In this document: positions 13,349 through 25,956 of the stretch, piece by piece
Layout of the letters: each line of letters begins with the position of its first letter
How positions within the stretch are numbered: position 1 is the stretch's first letter
NCBI GenBank assembly: GCA_010015585.1
Contig: ML975153.1
Length of the DNA: 64,000 nucleotides
Direction: 5' to 3' (one strand)
From: Eremomyces bilateralis CBS 781.70
Taxonomy: Eukaryota
The notes under the pieces: generated by a model
Told to the model about the DNA's origin: nothing
The model's input: the letters and a program-made list of their open reading frames with translations, nothing else
Database searches by the model: none
Made by a program: the position numbers and the translations under genes

Positions 13349-14574
13349 TGAGTCCGGTTCGCCGACTCCAACGCCGGTGAAAGTGCCGGAGAGGCGAAGG
13401 CGTATGTGAGAGTAGAAGGAAAGGGAAGAGACACAAGATCTTTGGAGCAAATAACAGTCTTCGGTTGTATAGGAAGGACAGTGGGGAGAAGAGATAACGA
13501 TTCGAAGAACGTGAAGAGAAGGAGGGCGACGCCATTTTAAGAAAATGTCGCGGAATCTGTTGGAGAGCCATTTCGGGCCCTTCTTCTGGCCCTTTAGACG
13601 CCAGAGGATGAGCGAGTGAGAGTAGAGTTGGAAAGCAGAGTTAGAAAACGAAATACTGAAAACTAGACGTCGCATGCTCTAAGTCAGAGCGGAGCTAAAA
13701 TGGGACATAGACCAAAGTTGGTAGGGCATGACTCAGATCCATGTCAGTGAGATCCATGTCAGCGAGTAAGGGGAGTTCTCATTGGCGCTGGAGCATGGCA
13801 GATTTACCTCCAAAAACGGCGTCACAAACCTCCAAAAACGGACGTCAATCTGCCGTCTTTTTGTTTAAATAGGATTTACCAACAAATTCGCAATATCAGG
13901 AACTGTAAGAAACTAGACCGTTTCCAGCGGGTATCCACAGTTGTAAAACTGGGTTGTCAACGAGCTAACGTACTGTGGATCGGAGGTTGCAAAACCTCTC
14001 CAATGTCACAGATGCCTAGCTGCGGACCAATAGACAAGAACTTTGACTCGGAGTGTGTAGAATCTTGAACTTTTGCTGTAGACGAGGGGAGTGGCCACCA
14101 GCCCGTGGTTCATGGAAAGTGTCCATTGTTATAGACTCATACAGAAAGATTGCATATGAGATTGGTTCTACACGGGGAAAGCGAGAAATATGTAGCAAGG
14201 AATGAATCGAAGGCGGGAAGATGGCGACGAGAGGAACTGCAGGCATCACCGTCGACTGAAATCCAGATGCGAGAGGTCAAGAGAAACGGGAAGCGCAAGT
14301 TCCTGTTCGTACCTGACATGTACCGCTGTTCTCTCCGAAGTATATCCGGAGCGGACGGGACCACATCAACTTGAATATAGGGCATCCCGTCTGCTCTGCC
14401 GTACTCAAGCAGGTTAGAGACAGAATAGTACTACGGTGGGTGACCACGTGGGAAGTCTTCACAATAGTACCATCCGGTTCGCCTGCCATTGGCCGGGCGA
14501 GTTACCATACATACTTAGTCAACGCGTCGTTAGGAGATACTGTAATCAAAAAATTAGGGCTGCGTAGAGTACTG

Positions 14575-14836
14575 TGTCACAGAATATCTGTGTTTCTTGG
14601 CGTTTCCTCACGGCTTCATTCCGCATTCGATTCTATACACCTATTCTTTCCCTTTTTAGGGAAAAGATCACCATTGTAAACCATATAAAATAGCTGCAGG
14701 AACAGCCTGTTTTCGTAGGATCCGGCTCTTCAGGATCAAGGCCAATCTATCTACGCTCTTTTGGAATCTAACGGTGTTTTCCCACTGTGCCGCTGCATTA
14801 ATCACCTGATTGAGCGAAACCGCTATTTATCTCACA
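14575..14836 (+). mobile_element. Solo LTR with 5-bp TSD
   Basis: Starts TGTCACA and ends TCTCACA, flanked on both sides by TACTG. A second diverged copy lies inverted at 18069-18333. Confidence 0.85.
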
Positions 14837-14899
14837 TACTGCATGTAGTACTAATAGGAACAGGGCCTAAATCTAATGTTGCGAATTAGGATCATTTGC

Positions 14900-16560
14900 T
14901 TATTGATCATAGCTATCTGGCACCATTGTTCCAATCATCCACTTCCCATACACACTCTCTGTCGCGAGCTCTTTGATCTTCCCATCGATTAGATAATACA
15001 TCCGCACTGCTGTATTGCTCCATCCTGCCACACCTATCGGCCCATTCGGTGTGCTCGAGCCCGGAACCGATGACCCAAGATCTCCAACTGACCATTTGCT
15101 GTTCGAATACTGCACCTGCTGCATCTTAGTGCCGTCGAGGTAGAAGACTTGGACTGCATCGGGGGTATCAGACACCGCGACGCCAAGCGAGCGGGGGATT
15201 TCTCTGGGGATGTTCGCGGGGATTGTCTGGACTGTTTTAGGTTAGTTTCTTAAACCTTAACATCACGCCGACACGCAAAACTACAGAGTAGGGGTGGAAA
15301 AAGCACGATAGACCTTTTGTCCACGTTGAACTCGTCCAAACTGACGATGCCATCTGCAACCTTGTCTCCTCATTGAACCAAAACAGCCAAATCTCCCCCT
15401 TCACCATCTTCACTGCGACTGGCGACGCCAGATGTGCCTTTGCACCATTACTGATTTCCCGCGGCGCGCGCCATCCGCTCGTAGGGTCGTATGCGGCTTC
15501 TAGGACAGAGCCGTCGCTACCGACCATGTATTCGCGTAGGATGTTTAATGAGGGGGAAATGAGAGAGAGTCCGGCGCCCGCGATGAGGGCGGAGGAGGAC
15601 GGGATGGTGTTGCTCTCTGGGTTTGTGCAGAGCGTGCCGTTCCCGTGGCAGCGGAAGACGAGACTGGCGAGGGTGCTTTGCGAACGTGCCGTATAGTGCA
15701 TGCGGATTTCCTGTAACTCGAATGTTAATGTCCGTATACGCTAGAACCACGTAGGTCAAGTCTCACAAAGTAGTCGTTGGACTGCCATGTCGCAGCAGCA
15801 ATCGGAGTATTGTCAATAGCAGGCAACGACATGTTTAGTTTCATGGGATTCGCCCAGATGCTGGGCTTGTTGAAGTAGCCATGCATATACAGGTCCCCAT
15901 TGGATACCTGCCAGAAGATGAAGATTGTCGCATCAGATTGGGCGGCTACGATTGCGCGCATTGGCTTCGGTGCTGGGACACTGGTGTTTGTGTCGGGCGG
16001 GGAGTTAAGGTTATTGGTGGTTAATGGAGCTTGCCCATCTTGGCGATTCTGGTTATTGACAGCGTTAGTCGGGCTGTTTCATATCATACTGAAATCATAT
16101 CCTATGCTATGTTAGACTTACAGACTTGTGCCTGCTCCCAAGAATACCTCCCGCTACGCCTCCCACTATGGCCGCAACGAGCACGAAGAAAACCAGGCCA
16201 AAATATAATATCCTCCGGCGAATACCGCATACTCTCTTCTTATTCTCAGCCGGTATGACACTGGCGGCGTTGCTCTTAAGTGCATTAGCATCTACTTCAT
16301 GAACCGCTACCGGATACAAGCCATGCGACTCATGTTGATTGTTCGGGTCGGCGTGAGCATATTGACTTCGGTATTGGTCTTGAGACTCCGAATAATGTAC
16401 CTCGGGGTAGGAGTGGTCAAGATGATGCGAGTTCTGGAACGATTCCGGAAGCGGGTCAAGATCGTGCTCTACGGGCTGTGAATTTCCAATTATTTTTAAT
16501 TCCTGGATGTGTTAGCCACGAGCATAAAGTCAGACTCACAGTGCTTTGCAAGCCCGTCAT
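14900..16560 (-). CDS. Single-pass membrane protein with C-terminal fucose-lectin-like beta-propeller (multi-exon)
   Basis: Basic patch plus TM helix (KKRVCGIRRRILYFGLVFFVLVAAIVGGVAGGILG) followed by Trp-rich blade-like repeats (TPIAAATW, SPVAV...IWLFW, GPIGVAGW..AVRMYY). Exon joins are inferred and the start exon is uncertain. Confidence 0.6.
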
Positions 16561-17264
16561 GATTATATATGCGAGCACCGATCTTTCTACCCTTAGGTTA
16601 CCTCGCCATTTCTCAAGCCAGGTTGGGTTTCCATTCGATTGAAAACCAGAAATGGGCGGACAGATCAGGGTCTTATTAACGCAAAATCATATGCATTCTG
16701 ATCTGCAAGCCTCGTTCATCTGAGGATGCAGCCTATCGCGGATGGCTAGCGCATGTAAGAGCAACAATCGGTCACGGGGCTTTTGAGCGTGAAAACCACA
16801 CGCTAGGACGGGACTCGTCGCTAAATCGGGCCTTCCTCTAACTAATTCTAGTTGGTAAGACAAGGGTTATCATTAAGGTGGCCCCCCGATGCATACTATT
16901 TTTTCGCATAGGTTGTCACAGTAATGACTTGTCGCTACGACTTTGGCTGTTTTAGCCCTACGGCCTGAGGGTGATGGAGGCCTAAGCATACCTGCCGGAC
17001 CGGCCCGATATGAGACTCTATTCAGGCGAAAGACCTCGCTCGTACTGCTGGAGGGATCATATCCATACCGCATACTCTGGAACTAATTGAACTCCACAGC
17101 ACCGCGTATACGAACTTTCCTGGGGTGATTATAGTTTTTTTTTAGCATTATATCTATTCGCAGAGAACTTTTTAGCATGTTTACGTATGGAAACCATGGT
17201 ATTCTGTCACGGTTGTACTTTTCGTTGCTTCAAGGCGTTGATGGATTGATGCCTTATGGCTTGA

Positions 17265-17722
17265 CCACCAGGGGGACGAAATTCGTGGCGCGGAGGCCAA
17301 ACCCCAAATCCTCACCAAAATCGCTAACTTTGACCCCGAATATCTCCGCCAAACGAGGCTTATTTTCAATTCTGATCAATAGAATCAATTTGTACTTAAA
17401 GATATCCTTATAATAAAAGATGCAGAAAGTTACAGTTTAATTTGGCGGACTCAGCAAATTTTGGTAAGGTTTTATGGATACAAGTGTGCAATCCTCACCA
17501 AAATCTTGCCCGCCTCCTCCGCCAAAATTTGCTGAGTCCGCCAAATTAAACTGTAACTTTCTGCATCTTTTATTATAAGGATATCTTTTAAGTACAAATT
17601 GATTCTATTGATCAGAATTGAAAATAAGCCTCGTTTGGCGGAGATATTCGGGATCAAAGTTAGCGATTTTGGTGAGGATTTGGGGTTTGGCCTCCGCGCC
17701 ACGAATTTCGTCCCCCCGGTGG
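17265..17722. mobile_element. MITE / foldback element with ~200-bp terminal inverted repeats
   Basis: 17265-17464 is the near-perfect reverse complement of 17522-17722, around a ~57-bp spacer. No TSD identified. Confidence 0.85.
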
Positions 17723-18068
17723 ACGATCATAGCTCTAGTAGGATATAGTCGCATGTGTTGAGGCTGGGCGCTCCCTATGGGAGCGTCCTCAAACTGAGGA
17801 TGAGTAAGCTTCAGATGACGAACGGGGGGCCACATGGGCGACCTATTGGCCCGAACAGATGCATGAAGCAATCAATCAATCAACTAATTAGTGATGAGCC
17901 CCAATCACTCCTTCGGAGTTTTGGCGCGACCGTCCAATACAGGCGTGGCTAAACTATAAGTTTGCTTACCATCTCTTGGCATGGCTTCTCACGCCAAGAC
18001 ATACTGAGTGAGGCTTGGCCCATCATCCTTGTAGAGATGAGAATCAACGGATCCTATGTCTTGCATTT

Positions 18069-18333
18069 TGTGAGATAAATAGCGGTTTCGCTCAATCTGT
18101 TGGTTGGTGCAGCGATACAGTGGGAAAACACCATTAGATTCCAAAAGAGCGTAGAAAGATTGGCCTTGATCCTGAAGAGCAGGAATCCTACGAAAACAGG
18201 CCGTTCCTGCAGCTATTTTATATGGTTTATAATGGTGATCTATTCCCTAAAAAGGGAAAGAATAATTAGGGATAGAATCGAATACGGAACGAAGCCGCGG
18301 GGAAACGCCAAGAAACACAGATATTCTGTGACA
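18069..18333 (-). mobile_element. Solo LTR, diverged inverted copy of 14575-14836
   Basis: Reverse complement aligns over the full length (tgtcacagaatatctgtgtttcttggcgtttcc...gattgagcgaaaccgctatttatctcaca). Flanks differ (cattt/cctgc). Confidence 0.8.
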
Positions 18334-19028
18334 CCTGCCACCTTTGTCAACCGGACTCAGCCTTGCTGCAGTTTACACCCAAGCGGATGCCTGGGCAAAG
18401 TGGGCATGGCACTGATTTATGGACTAGCCTTCGGCCGGCATCAGGTCGATTCAACGTCCTTCGAGGATACCACACAATATCCCAATGACTCGACCGGGAA
18501 TATGTTAAGGACGACGCATATTTGGAGATTAGATTAACTATCGTCTTTGACTTTTTGCACTTCAGGATACTTCGTTAACTCGTATAAAAAAGCTACAATA
18601 TGTAGCCTTGGGTAGTGAGGCTGGTGGCGCATTGCCAGCTAGACATCTTGATACTTTAAAGTTTAAACCGAACAGCCTTTGCTGCGCTTTACACCGCGCT
18701 GAAAGCCTTGTCCAGCGGCCGAAGGCAAACCATATTGATTCTGCCGCGTCGTGGCAGAGCCTCACTTTTCCACCTCCCATAATTATGGCTTCACCGTATT
18801 TTCTCCTTCTCTTCTGTAAGCCTCCTTCGGTCAACTGTGAGCTCCATCTCAACAGATTCTGGTTGCTTGATAACGTCTTATATAGTCTGATACGATCAGG
18901 CCTCACTAATAACTACCTCGGATTAAAAAGAGCTACCTATATCTATCTCCGCACCTGCGAATTCAGGACCTTTCCTATCGACCTTACATTCTACCGTTTT
19001 TCGATATAACTTACCAAATTCTGAAACG

Positions 19029-19733
19029 ATTCCGAAGAGAGACCTCGAGCCTAATAGTGGTCAAGGGCAAGAAAAGAAGAGGAAAATAGACTACGAGGAT
19101 CATCAACTACCACCGTCTAATGCTTCTACACGAACGTTTGCCAACGAATGCTATACGATCGGTTGGATTTGCGCCCTCGTTACAAAGTATGTTGCCGCGC
19201 AGGCTTTCCTCGACGAAGAACACGACCGGGCAGAATTCGTCGATACTAACGATAACAATGACTACATATTGGGCAGAATGGGAGAACACAATGTTGTTAT
19301 TGCTGTTCTACCCGAGGGCGAGTACGGGCTGGCCTCCGCAGCAACCGTAGCGAGAGATATGCTGCATAGCTTTCCTAATGTCAGAATTGGCCTGATGGTC
19401 GGCATCGGTGGCGGCGCACCGAGTCGAAAGCATGATATCCGTCTAGGTGACGTAATCGTCAGTGTTTCCCGCGATGGGAACGGCGGTGTATTCCAGTACG
19501 ACTTCGGCAATACGATACAAGACCAAAGCTTTCGAACGACTGGTTACTTGAACCAGCCGCCCACAGTCCTCCGCACGGCGGTAAATGGGGTCAAGGCACA
19601 GCATGAGAAGAACGGGCACCAGTTTGAAGAAACAATCAACACTATTCTGGAGAAGAATCGGAGAATGAGGAAGAAGTATAGGCGTTCTGACCCAAGCAGT
19701 GACAGGCTGTACCTAAGCCATATCACCCATCCT
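19029..19733 (+). pseudogene. Truncated PNP_UDP_1 (Pfs) NLR effector-domain fragment
   Basis: [46 protein letters not shown]. The frame opens at ATT (no ATG) and homology stops abruptly at LSHITHP. Confidence 0.8.
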
Positions 19734-21003
19734 GGCATCTACTCGTGGACCCGAAGCAGAGTTTGACGACCCACGCCGCAAAGGGCTACTCCAAGCTTTT
19801 AAGGATGCTCTAGCTGTCGATACAATACAACCGACAGCTTGGGCGTGCCTCTGGCTTAGCGATATTGATGCCCTAACGGACCTTGTCTCCGATGCTAAAA
19901 TAAAGCCAGCCTATATCAAGGGTATTATTGGAGGCATAGAATCACAAGCAAGATTAGTTCCAACATGTATGTTGCTAGCCCTTATTCTGTTCGATTACTA
20001 ATATTATATATAGGGACCCAACGAAAGCGACCGGCCTCTGCTGCTTCTACTTTACAGCATCCGTCTACTCCACAGCAACCTTCTACTCCTCTTCAGCCGT
20101 CTCCGTTACAGCAGCCCCCTTCGGCACAGGGTAGTCGAGGACAAAAGCGAAATAGCAGTGGTAGGTCGTTGACTTCTCGCTCTAGACAAGAGCGAGATCT
20201 GGTTAGTCCATATTAAGAATATTTCTATTAGGGTTTTTACTAATATTCTATAGTGTCAAGAGAGAGATCAAAAAAGATGCATACTTACAAAATCCGGCGA
20301 GCCAAATGAAGTTGCGCATATCTACCCATACTCCATGCGATACGAGGACGGAACTACTAAACCGCTAGCGCTCTCTTTTTGGGATATTCTACGGGCATTC
20401 TGGTCCAAGGAGCGTATAGATGCTTGGTACAATACAATATTCCCAACCGGCACTGAGGTCTGTCAAAACCTCATATGCCTTGCTCCGAACGCACACGCAT
20501 ACTGGGGAGGAGCATATTTTGCACTCAAACCAATTAGGATTTCGGACGACAAGAAGCGTCTGGATATACAGTTTTTCTGGTTATCGTCAAGCGCACGCGT
20601 TCCCGAGATTAATATCCTTCAAGCTCCTTCGTTATGGGCCTTAGATCAAGGACCAAATCTAACAATGCTCTTCAATAATGAAACTCGAAAAGAAATTCGC
20701 TCTGGAGACGAAATCGCTCTTGAAACTGACGACCCGGTATTACGACCTCTGCCCGACTTTAGGTTATTGGAGATGCAATGGTTTTTGCACCGCGTTACAG
20801 CAATGAGCGGAGCCGCTGAACCCCAGAACGACTTCCACGATAATAGCGACGACGACATTACAATGACCTTGCAAGATCGATGGAACATGTATACGCAGGA
20901 TGATTGGGACATGGAGACAGAGGAAGGGCCTGATACATACGTAGAAACTCCGAGGGAGTGTTTCTCGGAAGAACGCAGCTTTGTGCAACTCAATGCTTAT
21001 TAA
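19734..21003 (+). CDS. HNH endonuclease-domain protein (HNH_2-like), probably 5'-truncated
   Basis: Exons [10 protein letters not shown]... / GTQRKRP... / [27 protein letters not shown]...[13 protein letters not shown]...FALKP...[26 protein letters not shown] introns at ~19967-20013 and ~20202-20253. Confidence 0.75.
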
Positions 21004-21189
21004 AGATCCGACCGTATAGTCACACTTCGTGGTGGAGAACATCGTGAGCAGGAGAACCACGAAAGGAAAGATTATGATGAGGAGTATTATGACGGGGAGG
21101 AGTGCCAAGGGGAGTTAACAAAGCTGGATAGCATTAACATGGCAACGAATTGTGAGGAAGAACCTTGTATGACTTTATTCAACGATCAC

Positions 21190-21990
21190 GTTACGGCATT
21201 TCTTTCAAGAAAGATGACTCCTGCAGAGACCAATTACGACATTTACGACAAGGAACTTTTGGCCATCATCAAGGCCTTTGAAGAATGGTACGTCGAACTG
21301 TCAGGCAATAAGGTTGAACACCCGATCCAAGTGATTTCAGATCACAAGAACCTCGAGTACTTCATGACGACGAAGAAACTTAACAGGCGTCAAGCTCGCT
21401 GGGCAGAGTTTCTATCACAGTTCAAATTCGTCATCAATTATCGACCAGGAAAGCAAAGCACTAAACCTGACGCGCTTACGAGGCGCCCTGGAGATCTCCC
21501 AGAGAGTTTCGACGACCCTAGAATTAAACAGCAAGAACAATGCATTCTCGAACCTCACCGTCTTGATCCGCGGATACGCCAAGACTCGAAAACCTTGATC
21601 CGACTGGCTTGCATAGTCACTGACACGTTGACATACTCTATGAAGGAGATCATAGGAGCACTAACCGACGTGCTCGAAACGGAAGTCCCGGAAGCAGACA
21701 CCCCAAAACCATCCGCCGAACTAGCACCTGAACCGGAGCCGTTAGGACCAAGACTGACCGCCGACGACCCAACAGTGGACACTCGAGAGTTCCTTTCAAG
21801 AGATACTAAGCTCCCAGATACGCAGGAAGTATGAGAACGTATCATAACTCTTTCGAAGGAAGATCAAATCATCCAAGACATTATTGCTGCAGTGGAACGA
21901 AAGGACCGAATCATCCCTTACCGCTTGATACATCGACACCATATTCGCCTTGACATTGCCAAATGTACCGTCTCTCCCGAGGGAGTTCTG
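21190..21990 (+). mobile_element. Ty3/gypsy pol fragment (RNase H to integrase linker)
   Basis: [28 protein letters not shown]...SDHKNLEYF...[13 protein letters not shown]...YRPGK...PDALTRR, followed by a stop. Confidence 0.9.
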
Positions 21991-23164
21991 AAGAGGCCGC
22001 CATAGTTGGGAGAAAAGGTCAGTGATGACAAGGTAAGAATGGGCAGAGATGACTGATAGGACTGACTGGGTCCTTGATGGTTAGGGGTTTGGGAGATGGA
22101 AGTTGGATTCATATGTGTGCAGCGTTTTCAGATATAGATTTAAAACTTTAGAACCAGCTCGAGATCTAAAATTGAGTTTAATAATGGAGAGTTTGATTGA
22201 CGCTGTGGATGGTCGCAAGACCTGACTGGATAGTGGCTCCCGCGATAACCTGAAGTGTTTAGGTCGATTCCCCTCAAAGATGCCGGGTTGAACCTTTTAC
22301 AACTGTAGACGCTTGTCAGAAATTCTTAAATGGACTGATGTCTCAGCTGCCATGATGATGATGGTTTCTCAGTGATGAACGATCGACCCACATTCGGCAT
22401 CATACAAATGAACGAAGGATTTAACACCACCAAGGATCGGAACTCAACTACGGAATTCATGCCGGGCACTATAGAGAGGCAGCTTGATCTGGTAGGGCTA
22501 TAACCACTGATTTGATTGGAAGTATTATCAAATATTCCGCTCTGGTTGTTCGGTTTATCCACGCATTAGCTGTGATGGCATGTATGACCACATTTATTAC
22601 ATGATTGAACCGGTTTTCGCACTGTCTTGCCACATGTCAAACGCTTCATGAACATCGCTATGGGAGTCTTCAGAGGAGAAGCAGCCCAATGTAAGGTATA
22701 CTCCAGACCCTTAAACGCATAAGGTAATACTGTGAAGCTACTGATATAATCATGGACATTGGTACAGCTGGAGTTGAAGTGCTTGGTAGCATTTCACCCT
22801 TTCCGGCCTCTTTTCACTTGCCATATATAAACCGCCTAAGAGCATTTCCTATTAATGGTAATAAAACTAAACCAATGGTGCAACGTTGGGGACTTGTGAA
22901 GCTTGTGAGGCGCCCGTATTGGTCCCTGAACTTTTGCTGATTCACGGCTCGATTCCTACTGGGTTCCTTTTCTACCAAGTGGTTTTTTTGACTATGGTTA
23001 GATTGATATATTCTTCTTGGCATCCTGAGCATTATTCTTTAAGAAATGTTGACACCCTAAGGGTAGACGTCAGGGCCATCGGTTTCGACCGCACCGTTGG
23101 GCTATCATTCAGCTCAGGTGGTATCTTCAGATCACCGTGGGAATATATGTCGGGGATTCTCTGG

Positions 23165-24354
23165 CTACAGCATGTCCCCTTCATTCAACTTCTCGCCCCG
23201 TCTCCTGGCTAAGTAGACCCTCCCAGTTTCATACACGCCCAAATACAGACCACTCCCAGCCAACGTCCACACAAACCGCAACGCCCCCCCTCGAAACAAA
23301 CCTCTCGCTCCCTCCTCCGCCAATATTCTCTTCCCAACCGCCCACGAACTCTCCGACTTCGCGAACACACGCACATGCCTATGGCCCGTTGCATCCAATA
23401 TCGGCTTTCCATCCCTATTCCCATTTCCGTTCCCCGTCGCCTTCCCCCCAGACTTTCTCCTTCCCCCTTCCCCATCCATTACCTCCGCCGCCCTCAACAT
23501 CACCCTCGTCTTCACCACATCCACCGGCGTCGTCACCCATGCCGCCACACTCCCCGCCATCCCCGCCGCCCCGGCCGTCACCGCGGTCGTCTCCCACAAG
23601 CTCCCCGTCGCCCTCCCCGACCTTTCCAACCTCCCCCGCAGAAACAACTTTAGCTGCTCGAACAGCGGGAACTGCAGCGCGGTGAAAGGGAGGTTGCGCG
23701 AGGCGAGGGCAGAATAGCCATGCCAGAGGTGGAGGGGGTGCGAGCGGAATTTGCGGAGAGTGAGGAGGGAGGGGGAGGAGTGGAGGAGGGAGGAGGGGGT
23801 GGATGGACAGGAGGTGGAGGAGAGCATTTGGGCGTTTTGTTTGATGACTTCGGCGGGGGTGAGGATGGCGCAGGAGACGAGCTCGGCGATGGAGGAGGCG
23901 GTGGCGTGGATGATGGGGGTAGGGAGGAATGGGATGGAGGCGGAGGGGAGGGTAGGGTTGATACGGGTTAGAGTCGCTTTGATAGCTTCGTAGGTGGTGA
24001 AGAACGCTCCTGCTGCGATAGCGTTACTCTTTGGTCCCGATCGTCTCACATAACTAGAATTTAGGGCGTACAAGATGGCAATGTTGCGATGACCACCATG
24101 CCCACGCCTTGGTATAGTCCGCGGAACAGGGCATGCCGATTGACGGCCTGCGTCTTCGCGTCGAGGTAGCGCGTCCGGTATGAGGGCGACTGAATCCGAG
24201 TTTTGAGCGTATCAAGCGGGTAGACGATCAGGTCCACGCTGAATGCGGCGACGGCACCGGCCTAGGGCTACTTAGTTGTGTTCCATGCTCTTGGGGGGTT
24301 TCTTTGGTGCCCTACCAGTAATATGTCCGCAGTGGTGTTCTTTTGGTTTGGCAT
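23165..24354 (-). CDS. Mitochondrial carrier protein, S-adenosylmethionine carrier-like (PET8/SAM5 family)
   Basis: Three carrier signatures: YPLDTLKTRIQ, TPAEVIKQNAQ and TPVDVVKTRVM. Also RNLPFTALQFPLFE. Two introns near the 5' end. Confidence 0.85.
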
Positions 24355-25956
24355 TTAGGCGACATGAGGGAATATGGCTACTGAATCAAAGAAATATCCA
24401 ATAACTGGAGTTTGTGTCCTGTGAGATGAGTGAGAGTAGATTCATTTGGCCGTGGACAGTTGGCGATGTATGACGTCAGGGATTGATGCCACCAGCCCCT
24501 CTAAGGACTTGACTTCCGCTTCGAACGTCTCCGTCAAACCTGTGGTATGCCATAATTTGATTGCAAATCCTTTATTGCATCTTCGGTAGTGGTTTGCTAT
24601 ACAATAATGTTACGGAATATCTCCTGTCGTCAGTGAAATCAAATGGTCTCTCGAATCGACATGCGATCCTCTTGAGATGTGAGTCGTGATATGAGGATGT
24701 GATGGCCGCGAGGGGCGAAAAACCGGTCGACCAGCGGGCTGGACCCGTGGGTCAATCAAGCCGGTCAGTACGGTGGTGTACCAGTGATTATGATCGAGCA
24801 TCGACAAATATTCACCGACTGGTGGGCAGTGCCGGATGAATTGGGTTGGGCTGGTTCATAAGGCTGGAGTGCACCGCCCATTACCAGCCATCTTGATACA
24901 TGCTGATATCCACCCTGATACTAGTATCGCAACGACAATCGTTCACTATTATGTACAGCAACCCGGGACGCCACATCCGGTGATGATCTTTGGGCTGTCG
25001 TCATGTCGCACGGAATAGTTCGGTCAGAGAGCCCCGGGCAGCACTGGGGGATTTCCGGACATCATCGTCGCCTCGTCGTTGCCTACTCGTTGACTGCAAT
25101 TGAGCGCGACATATTCTTCCTTGCAGCCGAAACTTGAACAATAATACCTTAAATCAACATTTCCTGACCTTGTGGTGATTGGCCTGACGCCTCTTTTGAC
25201 CGCATTTTTCCTGTCGCATCTCTAAGTCAACTACCCTTCAAGTGTAAATTGCTATTGAAGCGCCCCGCTGCTGTGCGCTACTCGAAACGACACCACCTGC
25301 AACACTCCCCTTCTACGACACACGCATATTGCTGTCATGCGGGCACCTGATTGAATGATAGCGTATCAATCCCTTGACATCGCTGGCTTTTGCCTCTCTC
25401 CGCTTCAGGAACCGTAGCGTGACGTGCTGCCCAGCATTTTCGAAGCTTTCTCGGTCTGCGTCTGGCGCGGACTCATCATCATCTCACCGGCCCTATTCAC
25501 CGCAGACACTACTATTGCGCCTCCAGCCTCCTCTAGCATCCGCCCCCACAGTGGCCAAGCCCCGAGCGTTCTATTCGAGAACGACGCACCTATATCTCAC
25601 CCCATTCCAACCTTGTCGTCCCATCTCTCTTCTTTCTTGTTTCTTTTTCAAGAAAGCTCAAATTCATTTGAAGAGCGTCGGCTTTTCTTTTTGTGCAATC
25701 CGCCACCTTTCACCCCCGCCTGACGTCACATCCGTCAGCAAACATTCCCACTGCAATCGCAGATCAAGGTTCGTGCTCAAATTCTTTTTATCATGGCGTC
25801 TCTATCAAAATCGCATCGATCAGGAATTAACATTCTGAAAGAGAGGTCGTCGCCACCTTCCGAACAGCCCTTGGATCGATTGGATAGTGTTTCGCGCTCC
25901 AGCAACTACCCCGCCTCACCTAGCCTGCCACATCGAGCCTCGTCGACGTCGCAGAA

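Noticed and set aside
14575..18333. TIR transposon carrying the lectin gene
   Set aside because: The left repeat has its own TG...CA ends and 5-bp TSD, so it is a solo LTR. There is no shared TSD around the pair.
21020..21175. Possible LTR adjoining the gypsy fragment
   Set aside because: No clear TG...CA ends, partner copy or TSD.
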